A DNA stretch of 61,019 nt, from contig JAJYYF010000007.1 in NCBI GenBank assembly GCA_021801225.1, positions 1 through 61,019 on the forward strand. The letters run 5' to 3'. Source of the DNA: Candidatus Micrarchaeota archaeon. GTDB taxonomy: Archaea > Micrarchaeota > Micrarchaeia > Micrarchaeales > CABMGC01. The notes under the pieces were generated by a model that did not search any database, had not been told where the DNA came from, and saw only the letters and a list, made by a program, of their open reading frames with translations. Made by a program: the position numbers and the translations under genes. Positions 1 through 9,969 of the stretch are shown here, in pieces. How positions within the stretch are numbered: position 1 is the stretch's first letter; every line of letters begins with the position of its first letter.

Positions 1-340
1 CGTAGCGCTAGGGCCCTTGTCTCAGTGCCCTTCTCGGGGCTCATACTCACATATCCCCTACGGGTCAAAGGTATGGTGGGCCGTTACCCCGCCATCTGCC
101 TGATCCGACGCAGTCTCATCGTAGAGCAGTAATGCTCCAATTCACAACTTTTTCGCTTAAAACTCCTTCCAGATGTTTTAAGCTATATGGTATTAGCCTC
201 AGTTTCCCAAGGTTATCCCCTTCTCTACGGTAGATTGACCACGCGTTACTGAGCCGTACGCCATACTCTCAAGTGAGAATATTGACTTGCATGGCTGTCG
301 AAATCTGATAGCAGTGTCCTCCAGCAGCATCGACTGGAAT
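1..340 (-). rRNA. rrs: 16S rRNA, 5' portion (runs off the window start)
   Basis: Minus strand begins ATTCCAGTCGATGCTGCTGGA...CAGCCATGCAAGTC and contains GGGATAACCTTGGGAAACTGAGGCTAATACC and CTGAGACAAGGGCCCTAG, archaeal 16S signatures. Confidence 0.97.
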
Positions 341-542
341 TTTTGGTTTGTTTTGTCTGCAAGATTTAATTAATTGCAATTGCGTTGCGAGCCTCTTTAC
401 ACTCTCAAGACTACATCCAATTCCAAATAGGAATTTTCACATCCAATAAATAAAAGTATGCAACATAGCGCATACAAATTAAGTATAACATTTTTATGGC
501 AGTGAACATGCCATTAAAGTGCTGAGGTATATTATACAAATA

Positions 543-560
543 AAGGTTTATATAGGTTAC
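543..560. promoter_or_regulatory. TATA box, likely the 16S promoter (could act in both directions)
   Basis: AAGGTTTATATAGGTTAC reads TTTATATA on + and TATATAAA on -, about 200 nt upstream of the mature 16S 5' end. Confidence 0.5.
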
Positions 561-820
561 CATTGCTGTTGTGAATAAGTATACAAATTACTGTAATCAG
601 TAGTTCAGAAACGATTCTAAACTTCCGATAATCCAAAAGTTTCTTACTTTTTTTGTGTACTTGAATCAGACGACAGGCATATTGATCTGAAGAAGAAATT
701 AGAAAAGGAGAGATTTAAAGTTAAGTTTAAGAAACCAATATATTATTTTTTATCTAATAAAATCAATAAAGATATGTGGGGAATTTAATGCAGAAAAATT
801 CGTATAATGATGGTGTAACT

Positions 821-1258
821 ATGGATAGTAGATTTAAGGTAAGATCAGGTGTTCACTTGATTTTTAGGAAAGATGGTAAAATATTATTACTTAAGAGGCG
901 CAGTACAGGTTATGATGATGGCAAATTTGGTCTTGTTGCGGGGCACTTAGATGAGGGAGAAACACTAACGCAAACTGCTATAAGAGAAGTTAATGAAGAA
1001 ATAGGAGTATTAATTAAATCTGAAGACTTACAGCCAATTCATTTTCTAAATTCAATTGATAGTGAAAAGAATGAATATGTATTAGTATTTTTTGCTATTG
1101 ATAAATGGATTAATGAGCCTAAGAATATGGAACCAGAAAAATGTAGTGAAATGATTTGGGCAGAAGAAAGTAAATTACCAGAAAATATATCACCTTTGGT
1201 AAAACATGTCATAAATAAAATTAAGCATAGAGAACTATATAGTGAATTTGGTTGGTAA
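821..1258 (+). CDS. Nudix hydrolase (MutT-like)
   Basis: Nudix box GHLDEGETLTQTAIREVNEEIG; start moved to ATG 821, which follows a GGTG SD. Confidence 0.9.
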   Translation: MDSRFKVRSGVHLIFRKDGKILLLKRRSTGYDDGKFGLVAGHLDEGETLTQTAIREVNEEIGVLIKSEDLQPIHFLNSIDSEKNEYVLVFFAIDKWINEPKNMEPEKCSEMIWAEESKLPENISPLVKHVINKIKHRELYSEFGW

Positions 1259-1274
1259 ACTTAATCATATTCAA

Positions 1275-1436
1275 TTTTATTAAAAAGGTTTCCACAAACA
1301 GCATCGCAAATATCCCATGATGAAAAATCAGATGCCCATCTATCCATTTGCTCTTCAGTAACAAGTTTTGTTGTAGATAAATACAGCAATTATCATTGCT
1401 TCATGAACCTTTGTGTTCCACAATTGAATTGATAAA
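1275..1436 (-). pseudogene. Decayed partial duplicate of alkD (copy of 1844..2007)
   Basis: Manual alignment to 1844..2007 shows 10 substitutions and a 2-nt deletion. Confidence 0.9.
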
Positions 1437-1502
1437 CATAGTAGTGATAAAAAATATAACATACCTATTCATAATTTTTTAGAGGTAGAGTTTATATTTT
1501 TT

Positions 1503-2189
1503 CTATTTTTTTAAATTGTTTAATTCGTATAATGCGTTATTACCTATCCATTTTGCACTTTTGCTTTCTGAACGGGATAATTTTAATGCTAATGCAATGC
1601 TTTCTTGCTTTAATGTTTCATTTCTTTTACCAATCTGACGCAACGCCCAGTTCACTGCTTTCTTTACAAAATTTCTTTCATCTATTGACTCAGATTCAAT
1701 CAAATCAAAAAAATTTATAAACTCAGTATTCTGCATTTTTTTATTATGAACTGCAAGCTCTGCCATTAAAACAAAACCTGCGCGTTTTTTAAACTCTTTA
1801 GATTCTTTAGCCCACTTTCTTGCAGTTTTATAAGCATACTCGGTTTTGTCAAAAAGATTTCCACAAACAGCATCGCAAATATCCCATGATGAAAAATCAG
1901 ATGCCCATCGATCCATTTGCTCTTCAGTGACAAGTGTTGGATCGTCGATAAATGCAGCAAGTATCATTGCTTCATGAACCTTTGTGTTCCACAATTGAAT
2001 TGATAAAGTATGATCTGTTCCTATCTTTTTTGAAAGTTTTCTAAGCTTAGGAATTGATACGCCCAACGTAATTGTAGAGGTAGTATTTATTCCAAATCTT
2101 TTCATTCCTTCAAGATACTCTGTGGATTTAAGAAGATTAAGCTCATTCAATACGCCTTTTGAGGTAAAGCTTTGCCTATTTCTTGGCAT
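1503..2189 (-). CDS. alkD: AlkD-family DNA alkylation repair glycosylase
   Basis: Motifs LGVSIPKLR, SWDICD and DERNFVKKAVNWALRQIGKRN are typical of AlkD HEAT-like repeat proteins. Confidence 0.88.
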   Translation of the reverse strand: MPRNRQSFTSKGVLNELNLLKSTEYLEGMKRFGINTTSTITLGVSIPKLRKLSKKIGTDHTLSIQLWNTKVHEAMILAAFIDDPTLVTEEQMDRWASDFSSWDICDAVCGNLFDKTEYAYKTARKWAKESKEFKKRAGFVLMAELAVHNKKMQNTEFINFFDLIESESIDERNFVKKAVNWALRQIGKRNETLKQESIALALKLSRSESKSAKWIGNNALYELNNLKK

Positions 2190-3088
2190 CAGTACATCTT
2201 CTTTAATCTGTTTATCCTTTCATCTATAGGTGGATGCGTAGAAAATATATTCATTAAACTTTTGCCTCTGAAAGGATTTGAAAAGTACATAGAGCCATTT
2301 ACCTCATTAGCAGCTTTCACTCCCTGTGCGTTAGGCTGTGCGGTATAATTCTTTATTTTTGTAAGTGCATCCGCAAGTCCTTCCGGATCTCTAGTTAATC
2401 GTGCTCCATTTGCATCTGCCATATACTCTCTTTTTCTTGAGATTGCAAGTCTTATAAGAAGAGCAAATATAGGCGCGAGAATTCCAACAACTAATGCAAC
2501 AACAAGTAAAATTAAACCTGCTTCGCCTTCAGCACGTCTGAAACCTCCAAAGAATAATGACATTCTTAGAACTGCGGCTATAAGTCCTATTGCTCCTGCA
2601 AAAACTATGGCTATCATCATAAATTGAACATCATTATCAGCTATATGTGACATCTCGTGTGCTATTACTCCTTCAAGTTCTCTTTTATCCATTATTGCGA
2701 GTAAACCTGAGGTTACTACTATTGCAGATACTTTTTTATTTCTCCCAGTAGCAAAGGCATTTGGATTAGGGTCATTGACTATGTATACTTTAGGCATTGG
2801 AACCTGTGTTGCGGCTGAAAGACCTTCTACTATAGAGTATAAACTAGTGTACTTTGCTTTATCAGCTTCTTTAGCTCCTGCGAACTTCAATGTCATTTTG
2901 TCGCCATAGAAATAAACTATTGCTGCGTAAATAAGTATGATCAATAATCCAATAGAAAATCCAAATATTCCTCCGCCGAAGACCCATACAAAAACATAAA
3001 CTATAGCTGCAAAGAATGCAATAAAAATTGACATCAATAGTATAGATTTGAATTTATTCCTAGATATTTCATCAAAGAAACTTGCCAT
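2189..3088 (-). CDS. htpX: M48 zinc metalloprotease HtpX
   Basis: PNAFATG, HEMSH, REYMAD and THPP motifs; TM helices. Confidence 0.95.
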   Translation of the reverse strand: MASFFDEISRNKFKSILLMSIFIAFFAAIVYVFVWVFGGGIFGFSIGLLIILIYAAIVYFYGDKMTLKFAGAKEADKAKYTSLYSIVEGLSAATQVPMPKVYIVNDPNPNAFATGRNKKVSAIVVTSGLLAIMDKRELEGVIAHEMSHIADNDVQFMMIAIVFAGAIGLIAAVLRMSLFFGGFRRAEGEAGLILLVVALVVGILAPIFALLIRLAISRKREYMADANGARLTRDPEGLADALTKIKNYTAQPNAQGVKAANEVNGSMYFSNPFRGKSLMNIFSTHPPIDERINRLKKMY

Positions 3089-3099
3089 CTACTTCACAT

Positions 3100-3783
3100 T
3101 TAACTGTTCTTTCCTTTAGATTTATTTCCTTTTGACGGAGCAGATTCAGGTGGACCTGATTTTGTACTTGGTGAATTTGATTTGCTTGCAGAATTTGTTT
3201 TTGTATTTGAAGGTCCGTTAAGATCATCGAAGTTAACCTTTACAGGTTCACGCTCTGCTTCACTTTCTGTCTGGAAAAAGTCATATTTAACAAAATGAAA
3301 TGCATTTGCAAATACACTGCTTGGAAATTGCTGCAATCCGTTATTATAATCAAGAACATAATCGTTATATGAAGTTCTTACAAATGCTATTTTATCTTCA
3401 GTATCTGTTATTGCTTGTTGAAGCTGTTGAAAGTTTTGTGATGCTTTTAAATCTGGATAGTTTTCTGCAACTGCAAAGATGCTTTTGAATGCTTGTGTAA
3501 GCTGATTATTTGCTTGTGCTTTATCTTGAACTGAACCGTTTATAAGAGATGACCTGAGTTGTGTTACTTGAGTAAGAACACCTCGTTCATACTTTGCATA
3601 ACCTTTTACTGTGTCAAGCAGATTAGGTATAAGATCGTATCTTCTCTTTAATTGAACGTCTATCTGCGCCCATGCATCCTGCACTCTATTTCTTTTAGAT
3701 ATCAAACCATTGTAAATTGCAACAATCACTGCAATTATTACAATAATTATTAAGGTAACAATACCAATTAATAATAAGCCCAT
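3100..3783 (-). CDS. lemA: LemA family protein
   Basis: N-terminal TM, AWAQIDVQLKRRYDLIPNL and AENYPDLKAS; usual lemA-htpX pairing. Confidence 0.95.
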   Translation of the reverse strand: MGLLLIGIVTLIIIVIIAVIVAIYNGLISKRNRVQDAWAQIDVQLKRRYDLIPNLLDTVKGYAKYERGVLTQVTQLRSSLINGSVQDKAQANNQLTQAFKSIFAVAENYPDLKASQNFQQLQQAITDTEDKIAFVRTSYNDYVLDYNNGLQQFPSSVFANAFHFVKYDFFQTESEAEREPVKVNFDDLNGPSNTKTNSASKSNSPSTKSGPPESAPSKGNKSKGKNS

Positions 3784-3900
3784 TTAATCACAGTATATTA
3801 ACACATGTAGAATTTAAAAGACTTTCTAAGCCATTTGGTTGAAATTAAATTAAAAAGTATTATAAAGTTTAAGTAGCAAATATATTGAGTAATTATATTA

Positions 3901-3973
3901 GCGAGTGTAGTCTAGCCTGGTAGGACTTTGGCCTTCCAAGCCAAAAACCCGGGTTCAAATCCCGGCGCTCGCA
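3901..3973 (+). tRNA. tRNA-Gly(TCC)
   Basis: Cloverleaf GCGAGTG/CGCTCGC, anticodon arm TTGGC-CTTCCAA-GCCAA, T-loop TTCAAAT; no intron. Confidence 0.96.
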
Positions 3974-4005
3974 CCTTTATTATATCGTAAATTTTAAGTA
4001 TAGAG

Positions 4006-4392
4006 TTACTGATCTCTTTTTGGAACTCCTAAATGTAACTTTAATTTTTTCTCAATTCTTTGTGTATCTGCTACCTCGCCATATTCATTATATAGAGTTA
4101 ATGCTTTGCTTAAAAAATAGATTGTTTGATTACTGAAGGTGGTACCTGCAACTTCGTATAACTGTGCTGCCTTTATTTTATGACCCAGTTGTTCAGCTAC
4201 TTCTGCCACATCTCCAATTAAAATAGGTTTACCCTTAAGCTCCAATGCTTTATCTACTATAATACTGAACAATGAATTTGCTGTTGTTTTGTCTTTTTTC
4301 AAAATACGATCTTTTATTTCAGGCAATAAAACTTCAACGTCTGTAGTATTTGTAGTTTGACTAATAAACGTACCTTTTCTTAAAAATGACAT
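4006..4392 (-). CDS. Hypothetical alpha-helical (TPR-like) protein
   Basis: 128-aa ORF with a GTGA SD; pattern AAQLYEVAG...SKALTLYNEYG. Confidence 0.65.
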   Translation of the reverse strand: MSFLRKGTFISQTTNTTDVEVLLPEIKDRILKKDKTTANSLFSIIVDKALELKGKPILIGDVAEVAEQLGHKIKAAQLYEVAGTTFSNQTIYFLSKALTLYNEYGEVADTQRIEKKLKLHLGVPKRDQ

Positions 4393-4510
4393 AAAATCAC
4401 AAAAAGTATTGATAGGTTATGATATAAATATTTTACTAAAAATGAGCAATTGTGAAGTATTTACTAAAAGTTATTACAAAATAAATTAATTAATAAATTA
4501 AAAAATAAAG

Positions 4511-4625
4511 TGTCAAACAGCAATATGCTTTCCCACTATTACAGCAGTATTTCATATCGCAACAGGCTTAGCTTCCGAGTTCGGAATGGGTTCGGGCGTT
4601 TCCCTGTTACTGTGACCGTTTGACA
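4511..4625 (-). rRNA. rrf: 5S rRNA, unlinked
   Basis: Minus strand contains CCCGAACCCATTCCGAACTCGGAAGCTAAGC; closing helix TGTCAAAC/GTTTGACA; TATA box at about 4647-4654. Confidence 0.95.
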
Positions 4626-4745
4626 AGATTATTTAATATGAAAAGATATATATAGTTTTTTATATTACTGAAAGGACTTGAATAATAAACTACTTACTAT
4701 CCAGTACACAAAAGTAATTTAAATAAGAAGGAGCAAAATTAAAAT

Positions 4746-6083
4746 ATGTACTCCGATAAACTTGAAACCTTATTTAAAAAAAATAAAATAGAGATAGGGG
4801 ACAAGATAAAGATAAATAATAAGGGAAAGTTACTTGAAGGCATTTTAATGCCCAGACCAGAACTAGGAGATAATAATATCATAGTAATAAAGTTAAACAA
4901 TGGTTATAATATAGGCATAACACTTGATGAAAAAGGTACAGTAGAAAAATTAGTAGAGCATACTAAAGAAGAGTTTTCTTTTCCTAAAATAAAAAGTGTT
5001 GAGAATTTAAAAAATAATAACAGGATTTCACTTTTATATACAGGAGGCACGATAGGCAGTAAGATAGATTATGTTACAGGAGGAGTTTATATGCTCACTA
5101 AGCCTGAAGAACTTTTACACGAGGTTCCAGAGCTTAAAGAAATTGCTAGCATAGATGTTAAAAATTTAATGAGTATAGCTAGTGAAGATGTTTCTTATTT
5201 TGATTGGCAAAAAATGGCTGAGGGCACTGCTGAAGCGTTTAACTCAGGCGCTAAGGGTGTTGTTATAACACACGGAACAGATACTATGCATTATACATCT
5301 GCCGCTTTGAGCTTCATGCTAAAGGATATTAAAGGACCAGTTGTTTTGACTGGAGCCCAAAGAAGTAGTGATAGAGGTTCTAGTGACGCTTTTATGAACT
5401 TAATTTGTGCTTCAAATATAGCCGCAAATACCGACATCAGACATGTAGGGATATGTATGCATGCGACACATAGTGATGATTACTGTAACTTCATAAAAGG
5501 AACAAAGGCTAGAAAGATGCACACTTCTAGTAGAGATGCTTTCAAATCAATAAATGCAAGGATACTTGCGAAGGTATACCAAAACGGTAAAATTGAAGTT
5601 CTAGAAAAAATTGATGAGATAGAAAAAACAAAGAATAAAACAGTTGCAAATACAAAATTTGAACCTAAAGTGGGATTAGTAATTTCATATCCTGATTCTG
5701 ACCCCGGAATATTAGAGTATTATAATAAAAAAGGTTTTAAAGGAGTTATAATCGAAGGAACAGGATTGGGACACACACCTGTTTCTACATCTCATAAAGA
5801 GTATAATTGGTTATCCTCAATAAAAGATGCAACAAGTTCCGGAATGGTAATAGGAATAACTTCTCAGTGCATTAATGGCAGGGTAAACGGAAATGTTTAT
5901 AGAAACGGAAGACTTATGCAAGAAATGGGAGCGGTTTATTGTGAGGATATGCTTCCAGAGGTTGCTTATGTGAAGTTGGGATTTCTTTTAGGCAATTATA
6001 ACAAAAAAGAAACTGAAAGATTGCTTCCAATAAATATTGCAGGAGAGATAACGAAAAAAACAGATGTAGAGATAGATGAGTAA
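4746..6083 (+). CDS. gatD: Glu-tRNA(Gln) amidotransferase subunit D
   Basis: KLNNGYNIG N-domain, TGGTI, HGTDT, GAQRSSDR and KMHTSSRDAF. Confidence 0.97.
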   Translation: MYSDKLETLFKKNKIEIGDKIKINNKGKLLEGILMPRPELGDNNIIVIKLNNGYNIGITLDEKGTVEKLVEHTKEEFSFPKIKSVENLKNNNRISLLYTGGTIGSKIDYVTGGVYMLTKPEELLHEVPELKEIASIDVKNLMSIASEDVSYFDWQKMAEGTAEAFNSGAKGVVITHGTDTMHYTSAALSFMLKDIKGPVVLTGAQRSSDRGSSDAFMNLICASNIAANTDIRHVGICMHATHSDDYCNFIKGTKARKMHTSSRDAFKSINARILAKVYQNGKIEVLEKIDEIEKTKNKTVANTKFEPKVGLVISYPDSDPGILEYYNKKGFKGVIIEGTGLGHTPVSTSHKEYNWLSSIKDATSSGMVIGITSQCINGRVNGNVYRNGRLMQEMGAVYCEDMLPEVAYVKLGFLLGNYNKKETERLLPINIAGEITKKTDVEIDE

Positions 6084-7925
6084 ATGACAAAAGATTTTGA
6101 TTATGAAAAGTTAGGATTTAAATGTGGCCTTGAGATACATCAAAGACTTTCAACTAAACATAAATTATTTTGTAAATGTTTAGCGAATTATTTTAATGAT
6201 ATACAAATAAAAAGAATAGAAAGAAGACAAAGGGCAGTTGCTGGGGAGTTGGGAAAGATAGATAAAGCAACAAGTTTTGAAAGCAAAAAAAATAGAGTTT
6301 TTAATTATCAGATTTTTGAAAAAAGTAGCTGTTTAGTAGACATAGATGAAGAACCACCGCATATACCGAATATAGAAGCACTTAGAAGTTCATTAAGTAT
6401 ATGTACCTCATTTAATTGCGAGATTCCAGATGAAATACAAGTTATGAGGAAGGGAGTTGTTGACGGAAGTGATCCTAGTGCTTTTCAAAGAACTATGTTA
6501 GTTGGTTATGATGGAAAGATTGTTGTTGAAAATAAAGATATACCTATATCAACAATATTTTTAGAAGAAGAATCAAGTGGGATAGTAAAGAATACAGAGG
6601 AGTATGTAGAGTATAGTTTGGATAGGTTAGGCATACCGCTAATAGAAATAGATACTGATCCTGTAATTAAAACACCGCAAGAAGCAAAAAGAGTTTCTAT
6701 GGAGATAGGTTTGCTCCTTAGATTAACCAATACGGCACAAAGAGGAATTGGTTCTATAAGACAAGATGTAAATATATCTATAAAAAATGGTTCTAGAGTA
6801 GAGATAAAAGGTTTCCAAGAATTAGATAGTATGGATCAGATAATTGATTCTGAGATAGAACGTCAATTAAATCTTATAAGTGTAATTTCAGAGTTAAAAG
6901 AAAGAAATGCGAAGGTAGAGACCGCAATAAATATAACTGATATTTTCAAGCATACAAAAGCAACATTGATAGAAAATCAATTAAAACAAAATGGAGTTGT
7001 TATTGGTGCTAAATTATCTGGTTTTAGAGGCATAATAGGAAAGAATTTAACAAATGATTTGAGATTAGGTACTGAGTTGAGCGATTATGCAAAAAGTTCT
7101 GGAATTAAGGGCATAATACACAGCGACGAAGATATGGACAAGTATGGTATAACAAAAAAAGAACTTGAAGAGATAAATAAAAAATTAGAGTTAGGAGAAA
7201 ATGATGCTTTTGTAATAATTGCCGAAAAAAAAGATAAAGCAGTTTATGGAATGGAGTTGGCTCTTGAAAGAGCAAGAATGGCAATGGTAGGAGTACCTTC
7301 AGAAACAAGAGGTGCGGATAGTAAAAAACTTAATACAAGATTCTTAAGGCCAATGTCAGGAAAGTCTAGGATGTATCCTGAAACAGATATATTGCCAATA
7401 GAGAAATATCAAGTTTTAAAAGAGTTTAAACCAGAAAAGATAGATGTTGAAAAGATAAAAAATACACTTAAAGATGAAATAAAAAATCCTCAGTTAGCTG
7501 AACAGATGCTGTGGTCGAAGGATTTACAACTTTATAGAAAAATAATAAATTTTGTTGATATATCACCAACTATAGTTTCATCAATATTACTTGAAAAGAC
7601 AAAGGAGTTGAGAAGAGCCGGAGTTGATGTAGAAAAGATTAATGAAGATACATATTTGGAGATATTTAAAGAGTATGCAAATGGAAGTATAGTTAAAACA
7701 GCAATAGGGGAGATTATGTCTTTAGTTCCTAAAAGCCCCGATGATGTACATAATATAATAAAACAGAGATCATTGTCAAGAATAAAGGGGAAGGATCTAG
7801 AAAAGCTTGTTAAGAGTTTTAACATCGATGATAAAACAAAACTTCTCAAAGAGATAATGAGCAAATATAGGATGAACATAGAAGGAGATGAACTTAACTA
7901 TTTAATAAATAAAAAAGGTTCTTAG
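6084..7925 (+). CDS. gatE: Glu-tRNA(Gln) amidotransferase subunit E
   Basis: GLEIHQRL, DRLGIPLIEI, RGIGSIRQDVNISI and RMYPETD. Confidence 0.97.
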   Translation: MTKDFDYEKLGFKCGLEIHQRLSTKHKLFCKCLANYFNDIQIKRIERRQRAVAGELGKIDKATSFESKKNRVFNYQIFEKSSCLVDIDEEPPHIPNIEALRSSLSICTSFNCEIPDEIQVMRKGVVDGSDPSAFQRTMLVGYDGKIVVENKDIPISTIFLEEESSGIVKNTEEYVEYSLDRLGIPLIEIDTDPVIKTPQEAKRVSMEIGLLLRLTNTAQRGIGSIRQDVNISIKNGSRVEIKGFQELDSMDQIIDSEIERQLNLISVISELKERNAKVETAINITDIFKHTKATLIENQLKQNGVVIGAKLSGFRGIIGKNLTNDLRLGTELSDYAKSSGIKGIIHSDEDMDKYGITKKELEEINKKLELGENDAFVIIAEKKDKAVYGMELALERARMAMVGVPSETRGADSKKLNTRFLRPMSGKSRMYPETDILPIEKYQVLKEFKPEKIDVEKIKNTLKDEIKNPQLAEQMLWSKDLQLYRKIINFVDISPTIVSSILLEKTKELRRAGVDVEKINEDTYLEIFKEYANGSIVKTAIGEIMSLVPKSPDDVHNIIKQRSLSRIKGKDLEKLVKSFNIDDKTKLLKEIMSKYRMNIEGDELNYLINKKGS

Positions 7926-8612
7926 ATGGAATATAAAATTATTGGAAACTCTATGCAAGCACTAAATATTAAGTTAGATGAAGGAGAATTAATTTATTCT
8001 GATTCTGGAAAGTTATTGAGCAAAAGTGGAAATATAAAAATGACGCCTAAACTTTTTGGAGGTATTGCCGGTGCAATTGAAAGGAAATTGACCGGAGCAA
8101 CTGCAATGCTTACTGAATTTAAGTCAGTAGATGGATCTGGAAGTATATCAGTTTCGGGAGTTCTTCCTGGAAAAATAAAGGAGATATCATTAGATGAAGG
8201 TGAGGAGTTCATTGCAGAAAAAAACGCATTTATAGCTGCACAGGATAGCGTTAAGTTTACAATGCAAGCAGTTGGAATAGGCGCAGCGTTTTTTGGAGGA
8301 ACTGGTTTAATCCTTCAAAAATTTGTAGGTCCTGGAAGTGTTTTCATACATGTAACAGGAGATATAATTGAGTATGATCTTGATGGCACCTTGTCGATTG
8401 AGGTAGATCCTGGACATATAGCCGGTTTTGATGCTACGTTGCAGTATAAAATAAAATTTGTAGATAATATAAAAACAGCTATGTTCGGAGGAGTTGGATT
8501 ATTTTTAGCTACATTTTCCGGCAAAGGAAGGATAATATTACATAGTGTTTCAAGATATAAATTATCTTCAGAAATTTATAGGGAAGGAGAGGAAGAAACA
8601 AAAGATAAATAA
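7926..8612 (+). CDS. AIM24 family protein
   Basis: MEYKIIG...Q start, FFGGTGLILQK, VDPGHI and MFGGVGLFLATFSGKG. Confidence 0.9.
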   Translation: MEYKIIGNSMQALNIKLDEGELIYSDSGKLLSKSGNIKMTPKLFGGIAGAIERKLTGATAMLTEFKSVDGSGSISVSGVLPGKIKEISLDEGEEFIAEKNAFIAAQDSVKFTMQAVGIGAAFFGGTGLILQKFVGPGSVFIHVTGDIIEYDLDGTLSIEVDPGHIAGFDATLQYKIKFVDNIKTAMFGGVGLFLATFSGKGRIILHSVSRYKLSSEIYREGEEETKDK

Positions 8613-8731
8613 TACTTTAATTATAAATTTTATTTTTTAATTACTTATTTTTAATTATTGTTTGTAAAAAAAGAATATTTTTATGAGTAGAGTATTTAAA
8701 CTTTGTCATTAATATAGTAAATGGTAGTTTT

Positions 8732-9529
8732 ATGATGGATATCGTACCATTAATTTTACAGACACAGCCTATATTAAATACATTAGCTGCTAACTCAACA
8801 ACTTATTTAAATGCAGCTACAATTTATACTGAAAATACAATAACAGTATTACTTACATTATTAACTATATTAGCATTATCAATACAGGTAGCTAGAGGTT
8901 ACTTTTTAAGAGTGTTAAAAAAATTTACATTGAGAGTAGCTGCAGATGTATGGTGGCTCATTTATGTAATACTGCGTGATGCAAGTATCTTCCTAATAGT
9001 TTTCTTTGGATTTATGCTTTTTTATCCAGGAATTTTCCAAGATTTTCCAATAGCAGTGCCATTTATGCCTCTTGCAATAGATATCTTTGCAATAGCATTA
9101 GTAGTAATGCTCGTAAAGGATACTGATGAGGATATAAAGTATAACAATATACTAACGATACTCATAGCTATTGGAACATTTATGTATATTTTTGGGACCA
9201 TATTTGTTACAGAAAGCGCTACACAGCTTGCAAAACTTCCACCTACAGTCTCAAACTCACCAACAAATATTTGGGGTTTTACGAACTTATATTTTAACTC
9301 TATTAATAATCCTGCATTATCAATATACAGCTTCTATGTAGGAATAGCAATATTAGTGATTGCAGGTTTAGTTGCATTGAAATATGGATTACAGTTCGGA
9401 GTTCCAAGAAGTTCAGTAATAACAAATCCAAATCCAATAATAAAAACAACACAACAACCACAAACACAAGATAAGAAACAAACAACCGATACAGATGCAA
9501 CAAAGACAGGACCTAAACAAAACACGTGA
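8732..9529 (+). CDS. Multi-pass membrane protein of unknown function
   Basis: Several hydrophobic segments; 6 nt upstream of the ferredoxin gene. Confidence 0.8.
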   Translation: MMDIVPLILQTQPILNTLAANSTTYLNAATIYTENTITVLLTLLTILALSIQVARGYFLRVLKKFTLRVAADVWWLIYVILRDASIFLIVFFGFMLFYPGIFQDFPIAVPFMPLAIDIFAIALVVMLVKDTDEDIKYNNILTILIAIGTFMYIFGTIFVTESATQLAKLPPTVSNSPTNIWGFTNLYFNSINNPALSIYSFYVGIAILVIAGLVALKYGLQFGVPRSSVITNPNPIIKTTQQPQTQDKKQTTDTDATKTGPKQNT

Positions 9530-9535
9530 TATAAA

Positions 9536-9967
9536 ATGCCGTTCAAATATACATTTGATAATAATGTTTGTATACAATGTGGAATTTGTGGAGACGTTTG
9601 TCCGGTCAATGCAATTGATTTTACTAGAGCAGTACATAAAAATCCAGAAGACAGTAAAAATTCTTCAGATAATAAAGAGGATATGACAGAGTTTCCTATA
9701 CAGGTAGATAAATGTATAGGATGCATGATCTGTCCAGAGGAATGCCCAGTTTCTTGCATTACAATATTAAAAACAGATAAAGAACCTGTTTATGCGGAAA
9801 AACAAGGCTCTATGTTAACAGAAGAGCCTACAAAGGACGAGTTTAGTTTGTCTAAATATACAAAGGTAAGGCCGACAAGAATTAAGACTAAGGATCCATG
9901 GGGTAAGGTTTATATTTACAAACCTAGAAGAAGAAAATCGCAAACTGGAACATGGGAAAATATGTAA
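9536..9967 (+). CDS. 2x[4Fe-4S] ferredoxin with C-terminal extension
   Basis: CIQCGICGDVCP and CIGCMICPEECP. Confidence 0.92.
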   Translation: MPFKYTFDNNVCIQCGICGDVCPVNAIDFTRAVHKNPEDSKNSSDNKEDMTEFPIQVDKCIGCMICPEECPVSCITILKTDKEPVYAEKQGSMLTEEPTKDEFSLSKYTKVRPTRIKTKDPWGKVYIYKPRRRKSQTGTWENM

Positions 9968-9969
9968 AC

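Noticed and set aside
621-788. Start-less 55-codon open frame upstream of the Nudix gene
   Set aside because: No usable start and no recognisable motif; it may be a remnant but cannot be supported.
1275-2007. alkD repeat pair as a DGR template/variable repeat
   Set aside because: The differences are not adenine-specific on either strand, they include an indel, and no reverse transcriptase is present.
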